Shown piece after piece: positions 9,297 through 19,141 of a stretch of 64,000 nucleotides of DNA (the stretch's first letter is position 1; each line of letters opens with the position of its first letter). Position numbers and translations under genes: made by a program. Origin of the DNA: Candidatus Multivoradales bacterium (GTDB lineage: Bacteria; Acidobacteriota; Thermoanaerobaculia; Multivoradales; JAHEKO01). The notes under the pieces were generated by a model. That model worked only from the letters and a program-made list of their open reading frames with translations, was not told where the DNA came from and searched no databases. The stretch covers positions 609,688 through 673,687 of the forward strand of contig CBDCXF010000001.1 of NCBI GenBank assembly GCA_965223755.1. Direction: 5' to 3'.

Positions 9297-10967
9297 TTAG
9301 GAATCGCCGGCTGTGGGCCGCATCGGGATATCCACCCCGCGCTCTTGGGCGATTTCAATGGCACGCCCGTAGCCGGCATCGGCATGTCGCGCGATACCCA
9401 TACCGGGGTCCCCGGTCAACACCCGCTGCAAGCGCCGTTCAGCTTCAGCGCTGCCATCGCAGACCACCACCATGCCAGCGTGGAGGCTGTAGCCGATACC
9501 AACTCCGCCTCCATGGTGGATCGAGACCCAGGTGGCACCATTGACGGCGTTGAGCATGGCATTGAGCATCGGCCAATCGGCGATGGCGTCGGAGCCATCC
9601 AACATGCCCTCGGTTTCTCGGTTAGGTGACGCAACGGAGCCGCAATCGAGATGGTCGCGGCCGATTACGATCGGCGCCTTGACCGCTCCGCAAGCGACGA
9701 GGTCGTTAAAACGCTTGCCAGCACGCGCTCGTTCCCCATAACCGAGCCAGCAAATCCTCGCCGGCAAGCCCTGAAAAGCAACCCGTTCCTGGGCCATACG
9801 GATCCAGCGATGCAGCGCCTCGTCTTCAGGAAACTCGTCCAGGATCGCTTCGTCCGTAGCTTTGAGATCCTCCGGATCGCCGGACAACACCGCCCAGCGG
9901 AAGGGGCCTTTTCCTTCGCAGAACAGGGGACGCACGAATAGCGGTACGAAGCCCTGGAAATCGAAGGCGTTGTCAACCCCCTGCGCCAGCGCCTGCCCGC
10001 GCAGGTTGTTGCCGTAATCAAAGGTGACCGAGCCCCGCTTCTGCAGGTCCAGCATCAATTCGACGTGGCGGGCGATGGTGCCAAGCGAACGACGCAAATA
10101 CTCGTCTGGGTTCGACCCGCGCAGTACTAGGGCGTCTTCGAAGCTCAGCCCCTCGGGAATGTAGCCCTTGTGAGGATCGTGCGCCGATGTCTGGTCTGTC
10201 AGGACCTCAGGAGTAACACCGCGGTCAATCAATGCTTGCAGAAGATCCACCGCGTTGACCGCGACTCCAATCGAAATCGCTTGCCCCGCCTCACGCGCGG
10301 CCAGAGCCCGCACGATCCCCGCCTCCAGGGATGGCGCCTCCTCGTCGAGGTAGCGAGTCTCGAGGCGGCGTTGAATGCGGCTGGGGTCGATCTCGGCGAT
10401 CAGCGCGGTGCCGCCATTCATGGTCACCGCCAGCGGCTGCGCCCCCCCCATGCCCCCCAAGCCCGCAGTGACCGTCAGCGTATTCGCCAAGCTTCCGCCG
10501 AAGTGCTGACGGGCGCACTCGGCGAGAGTCTCGTAGGTGCCTTGCAAGATGCCTTGAGTGCCGATATAGATCCACGACCCGGCGGTCATCTGGCCGTACA
10601 TGGTCAGGCCGAGGGCCTCGAGACGCCGAAACTCCTCCAAGTTGGCCCAGTTGGCGACCAAGTTAGCGTTGGCAATCAGTACCCGTGGAGCGTCTGCGTG
10701 AGTTGGAAAGACCGCGACGGGCTTGCCGGACTGCACCAAGAGAGTTTCGTTGTCCTCGAGCTCTCGCAAGGTCGCGACGATGGCCTCGAAGGCATCCCAA
10801 TTCCGCGCCGCCTTCCCCGAACCCCCGTAGACAATTAATTCGTCAGGATGCTCGGCAACCTCGGGGTCGAGATTGTTCATCAGCATCCGCAACGCCGCTT
10901 CTTGCTGCCAACCTTTGCAGGAGATCTCAGTTCCTCGCGGAGCCCGAATCGTGCGGGGTTCACTCAT
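9297..10967 (-). CDS. hutU: Urocanate hydratase.
   Basis: 556 aa, full-length similarity to HutU, with a typical N-terminus ([32 protein letters not shown]). Confidence 0.9.
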   Translation of the reverse strand: MSEPRTIRAPRGTEISCKGWQQEAALRMLMNNLDPEVAEHPDELIVYGGSGKAARNWDAFEAIVATLRELEDNETLLVQSGKPVAVFPTHADAPRVLIANANLVANWANLEEFRRLEALGLTMYGQMTAGSWIYIGTQGILQGTYETLAECARQHFGGSLANTLTVTAGLGGMGGAQPLAVTMNGGTALIAEIDPSRIQRRLETRYLDEEAPSLEAGIVRALAAREAGQAISIGVAVNAVDLLQALIDRGVTPEVLTDQTSAHDPHKGYIPEGLSFEDALVLRGSNPDEYLRRSLGTIARHVELMLDLQKRGSVTFDYGNNLRGQALAQGVDNAFDFQGFVPLFVRPLFCEGKGPFRWAVLSGDPEDLKATDEAILDEFPEDEALHRWIRMAQERVAFQGLPARICWLGYGERARAGKRFNDLVACGAVKAPIVIGRDHLDCGSVASPNRETEGMLDGSDAIADWPMLNAMLNAVNGATWVSIHHGGGVGIGYSLHAGMVVVCDGSAEAERRLQRVLTGDPGMGIARHADAGYGRAIEIAQERGVDIPMRPTAGDS

Positions 10968-10993
10968 GTCGTTCCTTGGAGTTTGTCCGTCAC

Positions 10994-12526
10994 TCAGTTG
11001 AGATCACTGCAGAAATCGTCCAGGCCGCCGTGAATCAGTTCGAGTGCAGTCGCAATGTCGGGCGCCATGAAACGATCTTCAGTCCACTTCGGTACGCGGC
11101 TTCGTACCAGATCGTAGACGGCTTCCAGTGTCGCAGTCGAGCGCATGGGCCGGAGAAATTCGAATCCCTGACTGGCTGCCAAGAGTTCGATGGCAAGGAT
11201 CCGTTCCACGTTGGCTACGATGTCGAGCGATTTGAGGGCCGCGTGCATGCCCATCGATACGTGATCTTCCATGTCGGCTGACGTTGGGACCGAGTCGACG
11301 CTGGCCGGGTGAGCGAGGACCTTGTTCTCACTGGTCAGAGCCGCCGCCGTCACATGCGCCATCATGAATCCGGAATTTAGGCCGGGGTTTTCGGTGAGGA
11401 ACGGCGGCAAGAGCGAAAAGGTCACATTGGTGAGCTTCTCGATGCGGCGCTCGGAGATCGCTCCCAACTCGGCAACGGCAATGCTCAAGGAGTCGGCCGC
11501 CATGGCCATCGGTTCGCCGTGAAAATTGCCACCCGAAAGAACATCGCCATCGTCGGCGAACACCAACGGATTGTCGGTGACGGCGTTGAACTCGATTTCC
11601 AACTTGCGGATCACGTCCGACAGGACGTCCCGCGCCGCCCCGTGTACCTGCGGCGCACAGCGGATGCAGTAGGGGTCCTGTACCCGTTCGTCGTCATCCA
11701 GGTGCGAAGCACGAATTTGCGACGACTGCAAAAGATCGTAGAGATTGCCCGCCGATGCCATCTGCCCCGGATGCGGCCGCAAAGCGTGAATCCGAGGGTC
11801 AAAAGCGCTGTCGGTTCCCCGCACGGCATCCGTGGTCATCGCGGTGATGAGGTCGGCGAGTTTGGTTAGGCGTATGCTGCGCAGAACAGCAATGGCGAGG
11901 ACAGCGGTCATCGCCTGGGTGCCATTGATTAGAGCTAGTCCTTCTTTGGAGGCGAGCGACAACGGCTCGAGGCCGGCTTGGTCCAGGGCTGCTGCTGCAT
12001 CCATCCCCACACCGCCAGCCTGAACCCGCCCTTCGCCCATCACCGCCAAAGCCAAGTGAGCCAAGGGAGCCAGATCTCCGCTCGCCCCCACCGAACCACG
12101 GCTGGGGATTTCGGGCAGGATGTCGGCGTTGAGCATTTGCAAGAGCCGATCGACCAGTAAAGGGCGTACGCCGGAATGTCCTCGCGCCAGAGTGTTGGCA
12201 CGCATAAGCAACATGCCGCGCACCACCTCAGGAGGCAACAGGTCGCCAACTCCCGCCGCATGGGATCGGATGAGTGCCTTTTGCAGCGTCTCAAGATCGT
12301 CATCGTCGATGCGAACGCGAGCCAATTTGCCGAATCCGGTGTTGACGCCGTAGATCACGGCTCCGCCGGCAAGGCGGTCTTCAACTGCGGCACGCGAGCC
12401 TTCAAGCCGCTCCCGGGCCGATTCTTTGAGGGCAAAGCGTTGGTGCGCCCGGGTTGCCTTCTCAAAGACCGACAAATCGACGCCCTCGCCGTCCACCTCA
12501 ATGACTGCAACGTCGCCTTGATTCAC
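10994..12526 (-). CDS. hutH: Histidine ammonia-lyase.
   Basis: 510 aa. MIO-forming ASG triad within [17 protein letters not shown]. It lies immediately upstream of hutU on the same strand. Confidence 0.9.
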   Translation of the reverse strand: MNQGDVAVIEVDGEGVDLSVFEKATRAHQRFALKESARERLEGSRAAVEDRLAGGAVIYGVNTGFGKLARVRIDDDDLETLQKALIRSHAAGVGDLLPPEVVRGMLLMRANTLARGHSGVRPLLVDRLLQMLNADILPEIPSRGSVGASGDLAPLAHLALAVMGEGRVQAGGVGMDAAAALDQAGLEPLSLASKEGLALINGTQAMTAVLAIAVLRSIRLTKLADLITAMTTDAVRGTDSAFDPRIHALRPHPGQMASAGNLYDLLQSSQIRASHLDDDERVQDPYCIRCAPQVHGAARDVLSDVIRKLEIEFNAVTDNPLVFADDGDVLSGGNFHGEPMAMAADSLSIAVAELGAISERRIEKLTNVTFSLLPPFLTENPGLNSGFMMAHVTAAALTSENKVLAHPASVDSVPTSADMEDHVSMGMHAALKSLDIVANVERILAIELLAASQGFEFLRPMRSTATLEAVYDLVRSRVPKWTEDRFMAPDIATALELIHGGLDDFCSDLN

Positions 12527-12593
12527 GCCACGATCCTATCCCGGTGTTGCGAGATTCTGGCGTTGCAGGATTTCGCGCCTCTACTCCGTCTCT

Positions 12594-14105
12594 ATGGGCG
12601 TGTTGGCGCGAGCACTGGGAGCAACTCTTTGGGGAATCGAAGCTCGACGGGTCGAGGTGGAAGTGGATGTCCGCAATGGACTCCCGCGCTTTTGCATCGT
12701 CGGCCTTCCCGATACCGCCGTGCGCGAGAGCCGCGAGAGAGTCCTTGCCGCTTTGCGCAACTCGGGCTTTGAGATCCCGCCCAAAGTCATCACCGTCAAC
12801 CTCGCCCCAGCGGATATCCGCAAAGAGGGCAACTTTCTCGATTTGCCCATCGCTGCGGCGCTTTTGGCGGCTCTGGGTTACGTACCGGAAAAGGTTCTCG
12901 AACGGAGACTTTTCTGCTCCGAGCTCGCTCTCGACGGCGCTTTGCGACCGATTCGGGGGGCTTTGGCAGCAGCCGATTTAGCCGCCCGTATGCAGACGCG
13001 CGAGTTGTTGGTCGCTCCGGAGTGCGCGCGAGAAGCAGCGGCGCTGGATGAAGCGCAGGTCATCGGTCTCCCCCATATCAGCGGTCTTGTCGAGCACCTC
13101 TGCGGTCGCAACGCGATCGTGCCCACTCCGGCGCCCAACAGCGCGCCACCAATGCCACTACAGCCGGACATCGCCGAAGTCCACGGCCAGGTGACCGCGA
13201 AGCGCGCCCTGGAGATCGCCGCTGCGGGCGGCCACAACTTGCTCTTCATCGGTCCTCCCGGCTGCGGCAAGAGCTTGTTGGCAAGTTGCCTTCCGGGAAT
13301 CCTGCCCGATCTCAGCCGCCAGGAGGCTTTGACCGCAACGCGCATTCATTCGATCGCTTCGGCGACCCCGCTCAGCGACCTGGTGCGCCGTCGTCCTTTT
13401 CGCCGTCCCCATTGCAGTATTTCGACCGCTGGCTTGCTCGGTGGGGGCTCGGTACCCAGGCCGGGCGAGGTCTCGCTGGCTCATCATGGAATCCTGTTCT
13501 TGGACGAACTTCCTGAGTTTCGGCGCCAGGCTCTGGAGGGACTGCGCCAGCCTCTCGAAGACGGTCGCGTCACCATCAGCAGGGCGCAAGGAAGTTGCAC
13601 CTTTCCGGCACGAATCCAACTCGTCGCGGCTCAGAACCCATGTCCTTGCGGATTTCTCGGCCATCCGAAAAAGGAGTGCCGCTGCACACAGCCAGAGATC
13701 GTGCGCTACCGCTCACGGGTCTCCGGCCCGCTCCTCGACCGCGTCGATTTGCATGTTGAAGTAGGAGCGGTTGCCTGGAAAGAGATCGACCAAGGTTCGA
13801 ATGAAACCTCAGAGAAGATTCGTGAGCGAGTTGTGCGAGCGAGGAACCGGCAGCAGACCCGCCAAGGAGACGGAATGCTGAATCGAACTCTCAAGCCGGA
13901 GCAGATTCGTCGGTACTGCACCGTCGAGGACGAAGCTCAGAGCCTTCTCAACGCCGTGTACGAGCGCCTGGGCCTCTCGGTGCGGGCGCTGCACCGCACC
14001 CAAAAGGTGGCGCGCACGATCGCCGATCTTGCCGAATCCGATGTCATCCTGGCACCGCACGTTGCCGAAGCCCTGCATTACAGGACTCTAGACCCCGCCC
14101 GCTAG
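12594..14105 (+). CDS. comM: YifB/ComM-family Mg-chelatase-like AAA+ ATPase.
   Basis: The N-terminal Lon-protease-like domain reads MGVLARALGATLWGIEARRVEVEVDV...ITVNLAPADIRKEGNFLDLPIA. Walker A is GPPGCGKS. The C-terminal Mg-chelatase-like domain is present. Confidence 0.85.
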   Translation: MGVLARALGATLWGIEARRVEVEVDVRNGLPRFCIVGLPDTAVRESRERVLAALRNSGFEIPPKVITVNLAPADIRKEGNFLDLPIAAALLAALGYVPEKVLERRLFCSELALDGALRPIRGALAAADLAARMQTRELLVAPECAREAAALDEAQVIGLPHISGLVEHLCGRNAIVPTPAPNSAPPMPLQPDIAEVHGQVTAKRALEIAAAGGHNLLFIGPPGCGKSLLASCLPGILPDLSRQEALTATRIHSIASATPLSDLVRRRPFRRPHCSISTAGLLGGGSVPRPGEVSLAHHGILFLDELPEFRRQALEGLRQPLEDGRVTISRAQGSCTFPARIQLVAAQNPCPCGFLGHPKKECRCTQPEIVRYRSRVSGPLLDRVDLHVEVGAVAWKEIDQGSNETSEKIRERVVRARNRQQTRQGDGMLNRTLKPEQIRRYCTVEDEAQSLLNAVYERLGLSVRALHRTQKVARTIADLAESDVILAPHVAEALHYRTLDPAR

Positions 14106-14126
14106 CAAGGCCTCTGTTGTCGAGAT

Positions 14127-15317
14127 TCAGTCCGGAAACAGTGATGGGTCGATCCCAGGGATCAGACGGATCGCGTTCTTATAGTAGATCTTCTTGAGCA
14201 CATCATCCGGCAAGTTGAGGCCATAGATACGCCAGAACGCGTGGCGGCGCCGGTAGTACTTGATGTAGTCATCCGAGGTCTCAAGGACGCGAAAGTAGAC
14301 TCGGTACTCGTCCAAGTTCCAACTGTCTTTGCCGAACATGACGCGATCTTGATAGCGAATGAGAAATTCGCGTGCGTAATTGGGCTGCCGTCCAATCTCG
14401 GCCAGCACCGCGCCGATTTCGGTGTGGACGTTGGGCAGTTCGTCGAGCAGTTCGCCCAAGCGGCCTAGATCGTTGCCCAACCAACCCAGATGGGCGTTGA
14501 TGAACTGGGTCTCCGGATGGCGGCGAAAGACGTCGTGCTGCTCGGCGAGAAGCTCCTCAAAGGTCGGTTTCGCCTCGGGTCCACGATAGCGCTCGGGGCG
14601 CTCGATGAGTTCGTACAGTCGTTCGTTGTGAGCGTCTTTCTCCTGCCAGAAAGGGGCCGGATCTGCGGTGTGGATGAGCACCGGAATGCCGAGTTCACCG
14701 CAAACGGCCCAAATTGGGTCGAGCTTAGGATCGTTGGTGGCGATGCGGTTGCCCTCGGCGTCGACATTCATCAAACCCAAGCTCTTGTAAATCTTGAGGC
14801 CTGCGGCTCCGGCGGCGACGTCGCGCCGCAGTTGTTCCACCGTGCGCTCGCTCCAGGTCTCGTTGTCCCAGTCCGAAAAGCTGATGTTGGTGAAGTTGAT
14901 GACCCGGCCCGGCATCGCTGCGTTCGAGCGCTGGATCGCGTTCTCAAGGTATTCGGGGGTATTGAGGTCAAAGATGACCGTGCCGTCCTCGGCCTCGATG
15001 CGGCGAAATCCCCGTCCACTCAGGTTCACCAGTACCTGCAAGTTGATGGCGTCCATCTCCGCTTCGAGTTGTTCCAGATCTTGCTCTCCACCGAGACGAA
15101 ACTGGTGATTGTGCACGTCGATGAATGGATACTTGGACTTCTCCACCGTCGTTTCCGGCACCACCAAGGTCGATGGTGGGTCGTATTCGGTGAAGGGAAT
15201 CGCTGCGGCCGGATCGTCCGGTAGCCCGCCCTCGTCTTGCGCCACAGCGAGGTTCGAGAACGCGAAGAGGAGAGCTATCAGCGGCGCCACGAAAGTGCGG
15301 ATGCTTCGGTGAAACAC
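14127..15317 (-). CDS. Secreted amidohydrolase-2-family metal-dependent hydrolase. Start re-placed to a GTG with a signal peptide; the ORF track extends it to 15545.
   Basis: It carries YPFIDVHNHQF and other TIM-barrel amidohydrolase motifs. The internal start reads VFHRSIRTFVAPLIALLFAFSNLAVAQ, which is a signal peptide, and is preceded by a GGGAGG SD. The upstream 76 aa of the track ORF is Arg/Ser-rich junk. Confidence 0.6.
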   Translation of the reverse strand: MFHRSIRTFVAPLIALLFAFSNLAVAQDEGGLPDDPAAAIPFTEYDPPSTLVVPETTVEKSKYPFIDVHNHQFRLGGEQDLEQLEAEMDAINLQVLVNLSGRGFRRIEAEDGTVIFDLNTPEYLENAIQRSNAAMPGRVINFTNISFSDWDNETWSERTVEQLRRDVAAGAAGLKIYKSLGLMNVDAEGNRIATNDPKLDPIWAVCGELGIPVLIHTADPAPFWQEKDAHNERLYELIERPERYRGPEAKPTFEELLAEQHDVFRRHPETQFINAHLGWLGNDLGRLGELLDELPNVHTEIGAVLAEIGRQPNYAREFLIRYQDRVMFGKDSWNLDEYRVYFRVLETSDDYIKYYRRRHAFWRIYGLNLPDDVLKKIYYKNAIRLIPGIDPSLFPD

Positions 15318-15357
15318 TGTGCCTAAACCTCCCGTATTCTGAAAGGAGAGGTTGCTG

Positions 15358-15558
15358 ATGAAATTCGTACTCTTGTGGTTCATTCTGCTGGTTCTATCGT
15401 GGCCAATTGCGCTCATAGTGCTCTTTCTGCTGCCGATCCTGTGGTTGTTGCTGCTGCCTTTGCGTCTAGTCGGAATGGTATTCACCGGACTCTTCGCCTT
15501 CTTGCGCGGGCTGGTGATGCTCCCCGCCCGCGTGCTGGGAGTCAAGCCGGCGACTTAG
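15358..15558 (+). CDS. Candidate small (66 aa) two-TM hydrophobic protein in an intergenic region.
   Basis: MKFVLLWFILLVLSWPIALIVLFLLPILWLLLLPLRLVGMVFTGLFAFLRGLVMLPARVLGVKPAT. A strong SD (AAAGGAGAGG) sits 7 nt upstream of the ATG. It lies entirely in the 290-bp gap between two minus-strand genes. Codon composition is more AT-rich than the neighbours. Confidence 0.3.
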   Translation: MKFVLLWFILLVLSWPIALIVLFLLPILWLLLLPLRLVGMVFTGLFAFLRGLVMLPARVLGVKPAT

Positions 15559-15606
15559 ATCTGGTGTCCGTTCATCGGGCCCGGTCCGTTCCCCGCGGCT
15601 GGGCGG

Positions 15607-17034
15607 TCAGTCGTGATGTCCGTGTCCGTCCAGACGCGGGCGCAAGACAAACAGTCCCTCATTGATCGAACTGACTAGGATGTTGCCGCTGGGCAGGAAC
15701 GGGTAGACGCTCCAAGCTCCTTCGAAACCGGGCTCATCGGAAGCGGGATAGGTATCGAAGAAGGCGAGTTCGCTCAATCGGCCCTGGTCGACGTCTTCCA
15801 AGCTCAAAATGCGAAGGCCGCTTTTGTAGTTGGCCTGATAGGCGAAGCGGTCCTTGACATACATGTTGTGGTCGGTGGCGCTGGTCTTGGCGTCATAGAT
15901 GCCGATGAGACTTGGATTGGCGACATCGGCGTAGTCGAAGACCCGGGTACGCGTCGGATGGCCGGCATTGAGCTCGTCCAGTTCGTCGTCCACCAGCAGG
16001 TAACGCTGATCTTCGGTCAGCCATACCTGATGGGTGTAGGCCGAACCGGAATACGTCACGCGTGAGATTTGCGTCGGATTGGCGTGGTCGGTGACATCGA
16101 CTACGGTGATGGTGTCCTCATTGGCGGCGAAACAGAGTTCGCGCCCAGCGAAACCGGCGTCCGGTCCTCGGTAGTTGACGCACTGGGCGTCGTGCGTATA
16201 GCCATCGTCGGCAAAACAACCGGCAAAGAACGGTTGCAGTGGATTGCGCAAGTCCACCATGTGCAGACCAGCGGCGCAGGTATCGCTGCCGAGAACATAG
16301 GCAAAGCCGCTTTCCTCGTTGACGGCGATGTTGTGCGAACTGCCCAGTAGACCGCCTTGGCCGAAACCCAACCCGGCGCCCAGGTAGTCAACCGTCGGGG
16401 TAAACACCGGCGCCGCTCCGCTTACGCCCCGCAATTGCTGGAGGTCGAAAATCTGGAGACCGTGGAAAGGGGAGGCGTCCGCGCCCACGAGCATGTAGTG
16501 GTCGATGGTCTTGATGTCGCGCCAGGCCGAAGCTACGAACCGAGTCGGCAACAGTCCGACCAGATGCGGCTGCGTTGGCGCGGTGACATCCACCATCGAA
16601 ACCCCCGCAGCACGGCCGACCAACGCATACTCGCGGCCGGTCTGAGGGTCGGCCCAACCCCATAGATCATTGACACTCTCGTTTCTGGCGGCGCCAAGAG
16701 CCGAGCGTGGCATCAGCGCCAGGAGATCGATGTCGTGGCACGGATGACCCGCGGCCCGGCCGCCGGCGCAAGGAATCCCGCTGGCTGCAGGCGGCTCGCC
16801 GTCCGGCGGGGGCGGTTCTTCCTCATGGAAGGGTTCGGGCACTGTCTTCGTGACGGTAGGCACGACGACGTGAGCGGCGTCCGCCAAATTAGGTGTGCTC
16901 CGCGTTCTCCGAGCTTTGTTTGCGCCGCCGGGATTCTCGGCGGCGGTATTGACGCTGAAAAAAAGGAATCCGAGAAATAACACAGCCCAAGCCGCAAGCC
17001 TATTTCTCGGTCCAAGAAAAACTGATAAACGCAT
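15607..17034 (-). CDS. Secreted choice-of-anchor-B / LVIVD-repeat-like beta-propeller protein.
   Basis: Signal peptide, a Pro-rich linker, then repeated hydrophobic-D motifs (SMVDVT, LHMVDLR, ITVVDVTD, LLVDDELD). It ends HGHHD with no recognisable sorting signal. The family assignment is tentative. Confidence 0.45.
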   Translation of the reverse strand: MRLSVFLGPRNRLAAWAVLFLGFLFFSVNTAAENPGGANKARRTRSTPNLADAAHVVVPTVTKTVPEPFHEEEPPPPDGEPPAASGIPCAGGRAAGHPCHDIDLLALMPRSALGAARNESVNDLWGWADPQTGREYALVGRAAGVSMVDVTAPTQPHLVGLLPTRFVASAWRDIKTIDHYMLVGADASPFHGLQIFDLQQLRGVSGAAPVFTPTVDYLGAGLGFGQGGLLGSSHNIAVNEESGFAYVLGSDTCAAGLHMVDLRNPLQPFFAGCFADDGYTHDAQCVNYRGPDAGFAGRELCFAANEDTITVVDVTDHANPTQISRVTYSGSAYTHQVWLTEDQRYLLVDDELDELNAGHPTRTRVFDYADVANPSLIGIYDAKTSATDHNMYVKDRFAYQANYKSGLRILSLEDVDQGRLSELAFFDTYPASDEPGFEGAWSVYPFLPSGNILVSSINEGLFVLRPRLDGHGHHD

Positions 17035-17176
17035 TCTGCCTCCTCGCGCTGCTCAGCCCCGCGGTCATTGTGACCTTTCCGAGCGCTGAGTTCCAGTTCG
17101 GATCGTCGTCGGCCTACGCTTGCATCAGGCTTCTTCTACCGCATAGCAGCAAGATCGTGATAGACAGCCATAGCTC

Positions 17177-17977
17177 ATGTCCCTGGTAATGCAGAAAGTC
17201 GCCTATGCCCTCGCGATCTTGATCGTCTCGGCTCTGGGTCTGCTTGCAGCACGAGGGCGCAGAAGTGGCGGATCGCACGCCGGGCATTGGAGTAACGCCC
17301 TGGCCGCAGGAATCTTTCTGGGCACCGGCCTCCTCCACTTCTCGGTTGAAGCAGAGCACGCTTGGGCTGAACTGGGAGTCCAGTATCCCTGGGCCGCGCT
17401 CCTCGCTTGCCTGGCTTTCCTGGTCCTCCTCTTCATCGAACACGTCGCCTTTTCCGACTCTGCCCACGCGATCGCGCACGGGCACGCCGGCGGCCATTCC
17501 CATTCCCACCACGACAACGCTGCCGGCCAGCACGGCAATGCCGCGATCGGCTTGGTGATCGCTTTGTCTCTTCATTCGGTGCTCGCCGGACTCGGTCTCG
17601 GAGTGGCGCAGACCGCCGCCGCCATCGGTCTAGCGGGGTTCGCCGTTCTTGCGCACAAACTCCCCGAAGGGTTCGCGCTGGGAGTCCTTCTGCGCGGCGA
17701 CCCATCCCGGTCGCGGGCACGGGTCTCGGCCGCAGTATTCGTGTTGGCGACTCCGCTGGGTGTGCTGGCGGGGGCCGTTCTTTCGTCGTTGCAAGGCACA
17801 CGAAATCCGGCTGCCTTTGTCGCCGTCTCCAACGCTCTCGCCGCCGGCACATTTCTCTACATCGGGGCCTTCGACCTTCTGCAAGATGAATTTGTCCATT
17901 CGGAGGGGCGTATCGGCAAGTGGTTGTTTGCGACCCTGGGTGTCGGACTCGCCGCCGCGCTGGCCTACCTGCACTGA
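17177..17977 (+). CDS. ZIP-family divalent metal (Zn/Fe) transporter.
   Basis: 266 aa with 8 TM helices. His-rich cytoplasmic loop HGHAGGHSHSHHDNAAGQHGN. ZIP signature LHSVLAGLGLG...HKLPEGFALG. Confidence 0.8.
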   Translation: MSLVMQKVAYALAILIVSALGLLAARGRRSGGSHAGHWSNALAAGIFLGTGLLHFSVEAEHAWAELGVQYPWAALLACLAFLVLLFIEHVAFSDSAHAIAHGHAGGHSHSHHDNAAGQHGNAAIGLVIALSLHSVLAGLGLGVAQTAAAIGLAGFAVLAHKLPEGFALGVLLRGDPSRSRARVSAAVFVLATPLGVLAGAVLSSLQGTRNPAAFVAVSNALAAGTFLYIGAFDLLQDEFVHSEGRIGKWLFATLGVGLAAALAYLH

Positions 17978-18116
17978 TCGGTTCCTTCCGTCCACTAAGA
18001 ACACTTGGCTATTTTTGTAGCTTGACACCGATGGCACAAGTGACACACAATTTCACAACTTACGGGGTCGGGGCCCCGCCCCACGTCTTAAAGTCAAACT
18101 CATTGGATCCAAACGG

Positions 18117-18956
18117 ATGGCGCTGAAACACACGCTCAAATTCGAGTTTCGCTCGGGTGTCCAACGCTATCTCCACTTCAGCACCCGGCAGGCGCTGATC
18201 TGGGGTGCGGCTCTCGCTGGGCTCTGCGCGGTCGCTTACAGCGTTGGCTGGGTCTATGTGACGCGCAACGCCGCCGCATTTCAACTCAGCGAAATTCAAG
18301 CCGAGAACAATGCACTGCGGGCGGAAAACCGCGACCTCGAAGCTTCGCTTCAATCGCTCACGGGGCGAGTTGAGGACTTCGAAGACCGCACCGAACAACT
18401 TGCCCTGATCGCTGGCGTCGATCTACACGACGATCCTCTGTCGGTGGGTATCGGCGGTTCCGATTCTCTCAGCGATTTCACCGTTGATGTCGAGCGGCGT
18501 TTTGCCGACTTAGAGGAAGCGCTACGTGAACGGCGGCAAAGGCTGTCGTCGACCCCGAGCTTGAGGCCAGTCAAAGGGTTGATCACCAGCAGCTACGGGG
18601 GACGCCGCGATCCGATTACCGGTTCGCCTGCGCGCCATCCGGGAATCGATATCGGCGCACGTCCCGGCCGTCCGGTGGTCGCCACGGCTGATGGCGTTGT
18701 CACACGCGCCGGCCGTATCGGCGCACTCGGCAAAGCCATCTACGTCTCGCACGGCTACGGTATGACCACCCGCTACGGTCACCTCTCCAAGTTCATCGTC
18801 GAGCCGGGCCAACGGGTCGAGCGCGGCGAGGTTATCGGGTATGTCGGTCGTACCGGCCGCGCCACCGGCTACCACCTGCACTACGAAGTCCGTCTCCATG
18901 GACAAGCGATGAATCCGCTTGACTACATGCTCGCGGACTACGAATCGGCTTCCTAA
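18117..18956 (+). CDS. M23-family peptidoglycan metalloendopeptidase with an N-terminal coiled coil (EnvC/NlpD-like).
   Basis: HPGIDIGARPGRPVVATADGVV...YVSHGYGMTTRYGHLSKF...GRTGRATGYHLHYEVR matches the M23 HxxxD...HxH catalytic motifs. Confidence 0.8.
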   Translation: MALKHTLKFEFRSGVQRYLHFSTRQALIWGAALAGLCAVAYSVGWVYVTRNAAAFQLSEIQAENNALRAENRDLEASLQSLTGRVEDFEDRTEQLALIAGVDLHDDPLSVGIGGSDSLSDFTVDVERRFADLEEALRERRQRLSSTPSLRPVKGLITSSYGGRRDPITGSPARHPGIDIGARPGRPVVATADGVVTRAGRIGALGKAIYVSHGYGMTTRYGHLSKFIVEPGQRVERGEVIGYVGRTGRATGYHLHYEVRLHGQAMNPLDYMLADYESAS

Positions 18957-19141
18957 CATCATTCGACAGCATTTAAGTTAGGAGCGTCCCAGCGGCAACC
19001 GCGGGTATCTCCTTTGCTAGACTGGCTTCCCTAAATCAGGGGGCCTCTCTAGATCGAGGGGGCGGCAGCGAGACCTCCAGCTCCCACCGGTCTCATCTCC
19101 TTAGTCTTACTTCACTGCAAACGGAATTCAGACTCGCCACG

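Noticed and set aside
14127-15545. Full 472-aa version of the amidohydrolase ORF.
   Set aside because: Its first 76 aa are Arg/Ser/Thr-rich and overlap the intergenic small ORF. An internal GTG with an SD followed by a signal peptide is the better start.
17114-17977. Multiple Arg-rich ORFs overlapping the ZIP transporter gene on both strands.
   Set aside because: These are alternative-frame artefacts. The ZIP frame has clear TM and His-loop features.
17978-18116. GC-rich palindrome CGGGGCCCCG after the ZIP gene as a terminator.
   Set aside because: The stem is short, there is no U-tract, and flanking G-runs make the pairing ambiguous. I left it unannotated.
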